Origin: Amoebidium appalachense
Taxonomy: Eukaryota; Protista; Ichthyosporea
Reading direction: 5' to 3'
Assembly (NCBI GenBank): GCA_963693365.1
Contig: CAVNZM010000006.1
Span: 7,109,264-7,173,263 of the forward strand
DNA length: 64,000 nt
Part shown: one piece after another, positions 13,766 through 36,152 of the stretch
Layout: each line of letters starts with the position of its first letter
Position numbering within the stretch: position 1 is the stretch's first letter
Notes under the pieces: generated by a model
What the model was told of the DNA's origin: nothing
The model's input: only the letters and a program-made list of their open reading frames with translations
The model's database searches: none
Translations under genes and position numbers: made by a program

Positions 13766-13960
13766 ATGTGTGCCATACGTGCCATGGGTGCAACCTGCCC
13801 ACACGTGCCTGCCTGCCAGCCCACATGCGTACATGGGTGGTGCATTTGGCTGTGGCCTTGCGCCTGCCATGCCCGTGCCCATCTCTGTCTGCCCATCCAA
13901 CTTGGTGGGTGCCTCGTCTATGTTTTTTCTTCTTCTTTTTTTTTTTTTTGTGGGTTGGGG

Positions 13961-13998
<38 letters not shown>

Positions 13999-15499
13999 AT
14001 AATACATACCTCCACGACCTGGGCCAGGTCTGGGTGTGTGTTTAGGTCCGTGTTGTTTGGCAGCGCCAAAATTAGAAGGTCCACATGCTGCCACCCTAGC
14101 TCCTGCCCCACTATTAGAGTATCAGCACCCTAGCTCCTGCCCCACTACTAGAGTATCAGCACCCTAGCTCCTGCCCCACTACTAGAGTATCAGCACCCTA
14201 GCTCCTGCCCCACTACTAGAGTATCAGCACCCTAGCTCCTGGCCCAATACTAGAGTATCAGCACCCTAGCTCCTGCCCCACTAGTTAAGTATCAGCACCC
14301 TATCTAGGAAAGTATCAGCACCCTAGCTCCTGCCCCACTAGTTAAGTATCAGCACCCTAGCTCCTGCCCCACTAGTTAAGTATCAGCACCCTATCTAGTA
14401 AAGTATCAGCACGATAGCTCCTGCCCCACTAGTTAAGTATCAGCACCCTAGCTCCTGCCCCACTAATAGAGTATCAGCACCCGAGCTCCTGCCCCACTAA
14501 TAGAGTATCAGCGCCCTAGCTCCTGCCCCACTAATATAGTATCAGCACCCTAGCTGATAGAGTATAAGCACCCTTGCTCCTGCCCCACTAGTAAAGTATC
14601 AGCACCCTGGCTGATAGAGTATAAGCACCCTAGCTCCTGCCCCACTAATAAAGTATCAGCACCCAAAAAAAAAAGGGGGGGAAATGAGGGTAACATTTTT
14701 TTTTCAACCCGATCACCCGCCAATCCACCACATGACACCCCCGCGCATCCCTGCGCATCCATATCTGCCACCCACCCCACACACACACACCCACACACAT
14801 ACTGCACCCACCCACCCACAGCCCCACACCCACCCACACCCACACACCCACGTACCCACACACAAGCAGTCGTCCAGGGCTGCGGGTGTGGCCCAGCCGG
14901 CATACAGAAACACCTTCACTGCACTGCCGGTCAGTGCACACCAACCACTACTGCCTGATGGGGTGCTGCAGGGAGCACAAGGCCACTAGCCATAGGGACG
15001 AGGAGGGTAGGCGCAAGGGGGTAGTATTTTTCCGGCGATGGGCCGGGGGGGGAGGGGGGGAGGGGGAGGGGGGGGGGGGGGGGGCTGTATAGGTGCGGAT
15101 GCGGGTGGGAGAGAAATGTGTGGAGAGGGGGGAGTTAGGGGAGACACAAAACACCAGAAAAAAACTCAATAAGGGGACAGGGGGGTACCGGGGGGGAGGG
15201 GGGGAGGGGGGGGGGAGAGAGAGAAGCCTAGTGGCAATCTCACATTTTTTTGTTGTTGGGGGGTGGGGGGAGGAGGGAGAGGGGGGGGGGGGGGGGGGGG
15301 GTTGAATGTCTGTGTGTGTGCGTATTTTTTTTTTTTTTTTTTTGGCGCGGGGGGAGGGGGGGAGGGGGGAGGAGGAGGAGGAGGAAGACTTAAAGTTATG
15401 ATTTGTGTTGGTGTGTGTGTGTGTGTGGATGGGTCGAATGAAAGTGAGGACTTTTGTGTGTGGACACGTGAACTATATTGGCTCCTCTGCAAACAAGTG

Positions 15500-15556
<57 letters not shown>

Positions 15557-16135
15557 CGCGCGTGTGGAAGTGGGTGTGGGTGTGGGTGTGGGTGTGGGTG
15601 TGGGTAGGGTGTAGGTGTGCGTGCGTGTGTGCGTGCGTGCGCACGAGCACACTCGCGCGTGCCTGCCTGCGTGTGTGTGTGTGCCTGTGTGCCTGTGTGT
15701 GTGTGTGTGTGTTTGTGTGTGTGTTTGTGTGTGTGTTTGTGTGGTGTGTGTGTGTGCGTGTGTGTGTTTGTGCGTGTGCGTGTGTGCGTGTGTGCGTGTG
15801 TGTGTGCGCGTGTGTGTGCGTGTGATGTGTCACTGCGTGTATCACTAACTTCTTTCTTTTCTTTCTTTTTTTGGCCGAAAAAGGAGAGAGGGAGGGGGGG
15901 GGGGGGGGGTGTAACCTGTTACTGCGCAGTCGCAGTTTGACCGGCAGTGCTCAAGGTCAGGCGGGGCCACTGTCTGCTTGTGCTCGTCAGCACTACCCCC
16001 CCCCCCCCCACCCGCCTCCCCACCCCCCCCCTTCCCTTCCGCTTCTTACCGTGTTTGTGCCGTCCGCGTCGCTACCGTGTGTCAACCTGAGGGCCTGTGT
16101 GAGCTGCGACAGGGTCAGTGTGTGTGTGTGTTTGT

Positions 16136-16184
<49 letters not shown>

Positions 16185-16336
16185 TTTGTTTGTGTGCGTG
16201 TGTGTGGCAGGCGCGTCCAGGGGTTTGCACGCACCTCCTCCACTGGGTTTGGCATAAACGTGGGCACCAGCTTGAGCACGTTGCCTGTGTGGAACACCTG
16301 CCCCTCTGCCGCCCCAGCCACACCGTCCTGTGTCAT
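11852..16336 (-). CDS. GCLM: Glutamate-cysteine ligase modifier (regulatory) subunit, aldo-keto-reductase-like fold
   Basis: Phase-consistent exons 16336-16235, 16103-16050, 15973-15916, 14918-14856, 14110-14010, 13651-13556, 12940-12826, 12447-12336 and 11882-11852. Motifs [54 protein letters not shown]...IDLVSHADP and [24 protein letters not shown] match recalled GCLM motifs. Confidence 0.9.
11883..12335 (-). other. U12-type (minor spliceosome) AT-AC intron, last intron of GCLM
   Basis: 5' end ATATCCTG; CCTTGAC branch motif with the A 12 nt from the 3' end; 3' end CTGCAC. Removal joins GG+A to give [11 protein letters not shown]. Confidence 0.85.
14094..14663 (-). repeat. 34-bp minisatellite whose unit contains the GCLM exon-5 branch point, AG acceptor and first exon bases
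   Basis: Minus-strand unit GCTGATACTCTAGTAG|TGGGGCAGGAGCTAGGGT, about 16 copies; the last copy runs into the coding exon at 14110. Confidence 0.9.
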
Positions 16337-16479
16337 GTTTGCGTCTGCCTAACAGCCTGCCTTTTCCGTGTGCTTGGTACTGCTGTGTCTAAATCTACCC
16401 CCTCTTGGCCCACCTACAAGGCAAAACGCAACCCGCACACCCAGCCAGCTACACTAGGTTCGCCTTACACTGTTCTGTT

Positions 16480-16680
16480 TTCGTTGGCGCCAACATTAGC
16501 ACAACCCTCTATGTGTAATTACTAACTAACTAAAGTTGTAAACACAATAGTTTAGTTCGTTCATTCACGCGCGCTGACTGATTTGTGTCTTTGTAGCCTT
16601 CCATATTTGGGCGCGCAGATTGTACTGGCCAAAAGCAAACGGTAGGCTCACAAGTGAGCACTCAATTTGGCGCAAAGTAG
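16480..16680. promoter_or_regulatory. Putative bidirectional promoter between GCLM and the PKA gene, with E2F-like sites
   Basis: TTGGCGCCAA at 16484-16493, TTTGGGCGCGC at 16606-16616 and TTTGGCGCAAA at 16666-16676, within a ~470-bp head-to-head gap. Confidence 0.45.
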
Positions 16681-16808
16681 AGGCTAGCAGCAAAGGGGAG
16701 GAGACGCACACACACGTACGTTAGCAACGAAACACACCAACCACACCCACGCCCTCCTTCCCCCTCCACGGCAGCCAGGCCACCGCGCAGGGCGGTTCAA
16801 CCGGCAAC

Positions 16809-16892
16809 ATGGTGCTGTGCAGCCCCTTCCCTGCTGAGAGCAAGGAGTCTATGGGCGAGGGCCGAAAGGTAGGACCCAGTTATGGAGTGTGT

Positions 16893-16933
<41 letters not shown>

Positions 16934-17616
16934 CAAGCACTGACAGGGGGCACAGACGGTGGAAAGGAATGGCACCACCTTCGACCAGGCGGGGTTCCGC
17001 ATAACAAGCCCCGTGTCGTGGGCCCTGGTCTCGCGCCTCAAAGGTGCGTGTGCCTGTCACTGTGTGTGGCTGTGTGTGCGTGACCGTGTGTGTGCGAAAG
17101 TGTGTGTACCTACCTCGTAGTAGAGTTCAGCGAACAGGGCGGCTGGACAAGCAGAGCCCCAGCACAGGACACGGGTTGATTTCCACCTGTTGCCAGCACA
17201 CATACACCTCTTTAAGTACTCGACCTTGGCTGCTTTGACGTCTAGCATTTGACTAGTCCTGAGATTCATAGCGTTTTGCCTCTCCCGCCTGGCAGCTAAC
17301 GTGTTAGCAAAGCTCCGCTCCTGCAGCCTGGCTCTTTGAGGCCCTACCGTGGCACTGTGGCAGTTAATGGTAGTAGATGTTTTGCGGTTGCTAGGCACCG
17401 CTTAGGGCTGTGTTTGTGGTGCTCAAGAACACACAGAGCAACCAGATGCCGTTGAGGGCTCTGTGGAGGGGTTGATGAGGTTGTAATAGCGGTGGAGAGA
17501 CTAGAGAGGAAGAAGGATCCAGGTGGCTGAGGCTTGGGAGGGAGCCGTAGGGCTTGTGTGTCTCAATATGTGTGTGTGTGTTGGTGTCTGTGTGGAAGGA
17601 GTGTGTGTGTGTGTGT

Positions 17617-17652
<36 letters not shown>

Positions 17653-18694
17653 GGGGGGGGGGGGGGGGGGCAGCATGCAGGACACTGACTTGGTTTGCAG
17701 GAGCCCTGGCCAAGGACAAGTACAGAATTCACTACAAGTCAGGGGACCAGGTGGGTAGGGGTGTGGGGGGGGGGGGAGGAAGGGAAGTGGAGAGCAAAGG
17801 TTGGATGGGCCGAAGGTGGAGGGCTAGGTAGGTGGGTTAGGGGGAAATTGACAGGGAAGTTGGGATGGGCGGGTAGGTCAGGGGGGAAATAGAGAGCATG
17901 GGTGAGATGTGCGGGTACGTGGGTTAGGGGGGAAATGAGAGGTGGGTGAGGGGTGTTGGGTGCTGAAGTGTTGTGGCAGGACCTTGTGCTTGCGTATGCG
18001 GACTCTTTTGACGACATTCTTGTGGACTGGAAGGCCGTGTGTGAGCACATTATCCCCGAGCTGGCACGAGACAGCAGGGCCGCACAGCAGCTGCCACAGA
18101 TAGTGGATGAGATGCTCAAGCGGGGCGGTAAGGGGTTGGGGAGAAGGGTGTTCTTGGCTGCTGGGACCTGGGTTTTTTTTGTTTTTGCTGGGGTGAGGGG
18201 GGAGGGGGAAAGGGGGAGGAAGGGGGGGGGGGGGGGTCGCATGGAGAATGGGGTGAGGGGCAGGTGTGAGGTTGGTATTGAAATGATATGGGATGATTGG
18301 GAGGGGAGGTGGCATCGAAATGGTTTGGGAAGTCTTGGGAGTTGGCATAGGGATGGTATGGGCTGGTGTGGGAATTGGCATCGGAATGGGATGAGATGGT
18401 GTGGGGGTGGGGCGGGGTTGGCATTGATCGTGAGTGGTGGTTGGTGTGGCTGCCTGTAGTTGAGGGCTGCGAGTGGCAACAAGGGGTTGAGGGGGTGAGG
18501 TGTGGAAGGGGAGGCTGTTGACTGGGTATGCGCAAAAACCTTTGTTCTGATTTTTTGTGTGTGTGGGTGGGTGCTGTTGTGGGTGTGTGCGTGGGGGGGG
18601 ATGGTGAAAAGGGGGGGGGGGGGGGGGGGGGGGGGGGGGTATTTAGTTGGTGAATGTTTTCTCTTTCTGTATGTGCACACATGTATGTGTGTGT

Positions 18695-18726
<32 letters not shown>

Positions 18727-19071
18727 TATTCTTTTTTCTCCTTTCTGTTTGCGCAGGGGGGGGGGGGGGCTGATGCTGAATTTATGTTTCAGTGGGCAAC
18801 CGGGCATACCGCAAGCAGTCGACCACGGTGGACATGCAGATGCAGAGGGAGAGGTTCGAGCACAAAATTCACACCCTGGGCACTCTGCAGAGCCCACGCC
18901 CGGCGGTGAGTTTAGAAAGGGGGGTTGGAGATGGCCTGGTGGGGGTCTTTGGTAGGAGAATAGAATAGAGGGGGTGGACCAAGGAGGGTCATTGGGGGAT
19001 GTAGGGTTCGACTGGTGGGGGAAATTGGGAGGTGTGGGTGGGGGTGTTTGGGTTATATGAGGTATGAGGGT

Positions 19072-19112
<41 letters not shown>

Positions 19113-19353
19113 GTATTTGGGAGAATTTTGGGTTTGGCTGGTGGGCGTATCTTGGGATTGTAGGGGCGGAGTGGGGGGGGGTATCTAGGGATTGTAGAGG
19201 CCGAGTGGAGTGGCCGGGCTTATTGATGGTGGGAGCATTCTGGGATGGAAATTTCAGAAGGGAGGACTCGGCCTGTGTGTGTGGGTGGCCACTATTGCGA
19301 CACACCCTGAGACCCCGGAGTGTGTGTGTGTGTATTTGCGTGGTGTTTTTTTT

Positions 19354-19384
<31 letters not shown>

Positions 19385-20221
19385 GGAGGGGGGGGGAGAG
19401 GGGGGGGGGAAGGGCGGAGAGGGGGGTTGGTTGGCCTGTGTGGGTGTGTGGAGGTGGGGTAAAGTTTTGTGTGGGGGGCAGTTGGCCTTTTTTTTGTTGT
19501 TGTTTGTGGGGGGGGGGGGGGGGGGGGGGGGGGGGTTGGATGGAGGCTGACAGTGTGGTGTTTGGCAGCGTTCAGAGAATCGGCTGGCACAGTATGAGGT
19601 CTACCGCACACTGGGCACTGGCTCGTTTGGGAGGGTCATGCTGGTCAAGGTAGGGGGAGGGGGGGGGGGGGGGAGAGGGGGGGGGGGGGGAGGGAGGGAC
19701 GGGTGGGGGAGTGGAAAGAGAGAGAGGAGGTGGGGAATAGGTGTTGGGAGAACGGGTGGGCTTGGGGGACTGGGTAGATTGGTAGATGGGCGTGTGAAGG
19801 CGGGGCGGGGGGGGTGGGGGGTGGAGTGGAGGACGTGGGGATGGGGTAGGTGGGTGATTAAAGGGGAGGGGGTAAGATGGGGGTAGATAGGGGGGGGGGG
19901 GGGGGGGGGGGAGGGGCTTTTCCGTGTACTTGGGGATACAAATGTTACCTGGCATGTGAGGTGGGAGGCTGATTGTGGAAAGAGGTGGAAAGGGATTTGG
20001 GGAAGGGGGGGTGAGGGACCCAGCATCCAGGCTTAGAGACTCACACGTTTTTTGTTTGTAGGAAAAGGCCACAGGGCGCTACTGTGCACTCAAGATCATC
20101 AAGAAGGAGATAGTGATCAAGCTCAAGCAGGTTGAACACACAGCAAACGAGAAGAACATATTGGCCTGCATCGAGCATCCATTTGTCATCAACATGGTCG
20201 ACTACTTCCAGGTGTGTGTGT

Positions 20222-20265
<44 letters not shown>

Positions 20266-20853
20266 CTATGGTGTGGGTGATTGGGGGAGGGGTAGGGGGG
20301 AGGGGTTTTGGGGTGGTAGGCGGGGGGGTAAGAGGGGGGGGGGGCAGTGTGGGTGGGTGTGTGTGCGTGCGGGGGTGGGGAAGGGGGGATTTAAATGGGT
20401 GGGTGGGTGGGTGAGTCGGTGGGTGGGTGCTTTTGTGTGTTTCTTTGTGTGCGATCTCTCTGTGTCACTGCTAGTGGCTAACAATGAGGCAGCTTGTATC
20501 TCTGGCCGCTGACAGGCTGCCTGCTGGATCTAGTCACGGTTTAAGATGGGGGAAGAGGGGGAGGAAGGGGGGGGGGGGGGGGGGGGGGGGGGGGGAGCAC
20601 GGACCATGGTTTTTTGTTGATGGAACCTTGGTGCAGGACAAGAAGAGCCTGTACTTCTGCCTGGAGTACATCAACGGGGGGGAGATGTTCACCCACATCC
20701 ACCGCAATAGGTTCTTCAGCTATGAGATTGCACGCCACTTTGCCGCACAGACCGTGCTGGCCTTTGAATATCTGGTAGTGCTTGGGTGCCTGGGTGCATG
20801 TGGACCATGCGTTGTACACATGCACGTAGGCGTGCGCTTGAGCACGCATACAT

Positions 20854-20891
<38 letters not shown>

Positions 20892-21181
20892 CGTACGAAA
20901 TACACGCAGCATACATGCACCCATATACACGTGCGGATGCACATGCATGCGCGCACGCACAGACACACACACACGTCTACACACATCCACACACGCGTGC
21001 ACACACACACACACACACAATCACAGGGCTCACACAAACACACAACACATGCACAACCACATATGCACCCATATGCGCACTCACATGCACCCACACACAC
21101 AAATGCACACGCACATATGCACACACACGCGCACCCACATGCACACACACACACCAACACACACACACACACACACACACC

Positions 21182-21214
<33 letters not shown>

Positions 21215-21693
21215 TGTGTTTTTGTGTGTCTGACCATGTGTATGTGTGTGTATGTGTGTGTGTCTGAGCGTGTGTGGGTGTGCGCTTGGGCGGGCGCGTG
21301 CGTGCGCGCGTGTGTGCGTGATTTGTGGGCTTAGGCCGAGCTCCTTTGAAATGCCAGCACCCCGTGTCAGCCGTCTGCGCAGTGCCCATATTAGTAGATC
21401 ATGTGTTGATGCGTATACATGCCCTGTACATGTTATGTGCATAGATACCCCGTTGGGGTAAATGCAAAATTAACCCATATGTGCTAATGTAAAAATACCC
21501 TATATAAATAAGTGCAAAATAACCATATAAGTCGTAGAGGCAACAATATTCTCTGTGTGCTAAATGCAGCCATGCATGTGCAGACCCCCACGTGCTAGCC
21601 AGCACACCCGCACTCACCGTGACTGCCCTGTGACTGACTGTCTGCCCCCACAGCACAATCTGGACATCGTCTATCGTGATCTCAAGGTACTTG

Positions 21694-21728
<35 letters not shown>

Positions 21729-23278
21729 TCCCCCTTTCCCTACAAGCACATAAGCAGGAAGACAAAAAACATAAGCCTCAGTGAAGGTTATTTTGTTTTT
21801 GTTTTTTGTGGGGGGGGGGGGGGGGGGGGCATGAGCATGCACGGTATTTGCATGGGGTTTATGATGGAGTCAGATTGGGGTTGGGTCCTTGCTGCTGATT
21901 GGCTCAGACATGCATATGACGGGTCTGCTGTCACCTCGGCCTTTAGGCACATGCGCACACATTATGCCCGTGAACACCTACCACACACACATTATGCCCG
22001 TGAACACCTACCACACACACATTATGCCCGTGAACACCTACCACACACACATTATGCCCGTGAACACCTACCACACACACATTATGCCCGTGAACACCTA
22101 CCACTCACACATTATGCCCGTGAACACCTACCACTCACACATTATGCCCGTGAACACCTACCACACACACATTATGCCCGTGAACACCTACCACACACAC
22201 ATTATGCCCATGTGCTGCCATGCAGTTATGTGTATATCCCCCCCCTCCCCCCCCCCCTTAGCCAGGGAAGTATCGACTTAGGTAGCGACGGGGGAGCTTC
22301 CTAGAAGCCCCGTCTCCTGAGTTCCTATGTATATTTTTCTTGCTTCTGCTTACTGCTGCAACTTTAACCCCCGGCCTTTCCCACTGCCCTTGCCTGCTTA
22401 AGCAACCCTGCTCGTCTCTGATCAAGACGGGTGACCCACTCATGTTCAAGTGAAACAGTATCTGAGTTGGGTTTCGTTAACGAGGTGAATAGGTCGAAAC
22501 TCGGGTACTGTGGATGACGTGGGCCCCCCCTGAGGATGGGCTCTGCTTATTATGCATACTCTTTATGTATGGCTTGCATTCTGCATCGTGTTATCCGTTT
22601 GTTCTTGTGTACTTCGTACTTTTTGACGCATTTAAACCCCCCCTCCCCCCCCCCCCCCTCCCCCCCCCCTTTAACGTTGCTGATTTATATGCTCTCTGCA
22701 GCCCGAGAATCTTCTGATTGACCGGCACGGCAATGTGCGTGTGACGGACTTTGGGTTTGCCAAGCGGGTGACGGACAAGACGTGGACGCTGTGTGGCACC
22801 CCCGAATATCTGGCGCCTGAGATCATCCTCTCGAAGGGCTATAACCATGCCGTGGACTGGTGGGCACTCGGTACGTGCATATGGGGGGGGGGGGGGGGAG
22901 GAAGGGGAGGGAGGGGGGAGGGGGGGGGCACGTGTGTGTGTGTGGGGGGGGGGGGGGGGGGGGTGGGGGGTATTATTTTTGGGCGGGGGGGGGGGAGGGG
23001 GGCTCTTGTGTGTGTTTGGGGTGCAATGTGGAATGTATGGCCAAGGGATGGTTGGTTTTTTCTGGGGAGGGGGTTCGATACTGATTGTGGGGGCACAGGG
23101 GTGCTGATCTACGAAATGCGGTCGGGGCATGCGCCGTTTGTGGATGCAAACCAGATGGAGATGTACCGCAAGATTGTTGAGGGCCGCTTGGCCTTCCCCA
23201 ACCACTTCAAGCAGGACGAGGTGTGCATGCTGGTGTTCACTTTCGCTAATAAACACACACACTTGCACTGCTTTGCAT

Positions 23279-23317
<39 letters not shown>

Positions 23318-23804
23318 CCTCCCCTCACACGCACGCACACGCACACGCACACACACACACGTGCGCGCGTGCGCGTATTCCTTGGCATCCCTGTCCACCC
23401 CCCACCCCGTCAAACTTATGACCAATCATTCTGAGTTGTGCTGTTACTCCCCACCCACCAATCTAAACCATCACTTATCCCCCTCCCTCCTCTCCCCCCT
23501 CCCCCCTCCCCTCTCCCCCCCCTTTCTCCCGGACTAGGCGTGTTAGGCACATGCAACCCCCCAGTGCTTTATGGTGTGCCGTGGCCAGGGATTCCAGGGT
23601 TAGGAATAATGAATGGGGTTAGTGACTCGTGTTTTCTGCAGCGTGAAATGATTGCCGGGTTCCTGAGCATCGACTTGACCCGGCGCCTAGGCAACATGAA
23701 GAAGGGTGTGGCGGATATCAAGGGCCACCGCTACTTCAAGGTGTGTGTGGGGGGGGGATGATGTTATTAGTGTAGTGGGTGGGTGGGTGGGTGGGTGGGT
23801 GGGT

Positions 23805-23839
<35 letters not shown>

Positions 23840-24034
23840 GCCCAACTCTGACCCGTGCACGTGCAGGGCATGGACTTTGATGCCCTGATGGCCCTTAAAC
23901 TGCCCTCCCCCTATGTGCCTCGGGTCGGGTCGGACGGCGACGACAGCAACTTTGACCGTTACGACGAGGAGAAGATCGAATGGGCCGGGGATGACGTGCG
24001 CGACCCGTACGAAGAGATCTTTAAGAATTTCTAA
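16809..24034 (+). CDS. PRKACA: cAMP-dependent protein kinase catalytic subunit with a ~160-aa N-terminal extension
   Basis: Phase-consistent exons 16809-16868, 16956-17043, 17701-17750, 17980-18127, 18793-18905, 19569-19649, 20062-20211, 20637-20774, 21654-21686, 22702-22870, 23099-23220, 23642-23740 and 23867-24034. Motifs [98 protein letters not shown] and terminal FKNF*. The symbol denotes the PKA-C family, not strict orthology. Confidence 0.92.
21957..22210. repeat. 30-bp intronic minisatellite (ATTATGCCCGTGAACACCTACCACACACAC), ~8.5 copies
   Basis: Direct tandem copies with a 30-bp period. Confidence 0.95.
22492..22645 (+). repeat. Dispersed repeat family, copy 1 (GGTCGAAACTC...GATGAC.TGGGCC(C)nCTGAGGATGGGCTCTGCTTA...GCATACT...TTCGTAC...CGCATT.AAACCCC)
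   Basis: Related copies at ~32454-32605 (+), ~32917-33080 (+), ~33465-33490 (partial), ~57623-57665 (+), ~58830-58965 (-) and ~58995-59110 (-). Confidence 0.75.
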
Positions 24035-24210
24035 ATATGGGCGTGGATGATGTGGATGAACCATACCAGGAGGTCTTTAAGAATTTCTAAATATGGGCGT
24101 GGATGATGTGCATGACCCATACCAGGAGATCTTTGAAAATTTTCTAAGTATGGGCATGGGATGGTTTGCGACCCATACAAGGGGATCTTTAAGAATTTCT
24201 AAATATGGGC
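23990..24210 (+). repeat. Four degenerate tandem copies (~56 bp) of the PKA C-terminal coding segment plus stop codon
   Basis: GATGAYGTG...CCRTAC.AGGAGATCTTTAAGAATTTCTAAATATGGGC is repeated; copy 1 is the real CDS end. Confidence 0.85.
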
Positions 24211-24539
24211 AAGAGGCAACCCTCAGACCCATACACATAGGTGTTGTATATTGGGGTGCCCTGGCTGGCTCACTGGGGCACACGTAGTGAAATTATCTTG
24301 AGCTTTTTTGATTAGTGCGGCCCTAGTGAATTATAGTGGCCCCAGGCATCTACGCCCATTATAATAATTACAATAAAATAAATTAAAGAACACATTAACA
24401 CTCGTCCGTGTGTGTGTGGTGTATCAATGCTCATACGGGTTTGTCTTGTTAAAAAAAAATGCGCGGAAAAAGGAATTCAAACTTCCTTCCTCCAACATAA
24501 ATCGTTCGGGATTGCCTAGTGCCGCTGGTACCCCTCGAG

Positions 24540-24580
<41 letters not shown>

Positions 24581-24830
24581 GACCCCTCAGATACATATAC
24601 GTAATGATCGGTAAACGGCCGGCCGCCCGGCCCTGCAGGCCTAGGGAAGCATTAGCTGCATATATTCTGGTGTTTTCTGCAATAATATATTATACACTGT
24701 AGGTCCGATCCCGGCAAATCCAAATGGGAGCTCAAAGTAGTACAGCCTGGTCCCTGGCCACGTCGCACAATCATATGCATGAGCACCAAGCCAAGGGCCT
24801 GTGATAATAATAGTAGTACCTATTACGGCC

Positions 24831-24948
<118 letters not shown>

Positions 24949-25375
24949 TACTCCCTAATTCGTAGTGTTATGGTTATTACTGTTCTGTCATGACCTCAGG
25001 ATACGAGTCCCAGGGCTTCAACGTTAACGTTAACACTTATGCCACTGGCAGGAGCCCGGTTTTACGTCACAAACGTCTTGTAGCTACAGGGCAGTCGATC
25101 GACGCGGCCTGGCCGGGGAGCTCGCCTAAACTGAGCCAGATCTATTTGGGTCTATTCTTCCAAAAATAGCAAGTGGATTCATGGGTGCCTGTGAACCATT
25201 GGCTAACCCCAATCGGTAATCGGCGGCAATCCAATCACTTTCAATCGGCCATGCAAATGTACACAAACGAGACAGTGCCGCAAACCACACAGTGCAACAG
25301 ACTCTCTCGATATGGGCCACGGCATAGTGGGCCCCATTAGGTTTCTTCTTAGCCCCGCGCTACTGAGTGCACAGC

Positions 25376-36152
<10,777 letters not shown>

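Noticed and set aside
22492-22545. CGAAAC plus CTGAGGA in the dispersed repeat as a hammerhead ribozyme core
   Set aside because: The core words are in type-II order, but stems I and II cannot be paired next to the core in the copies examined.
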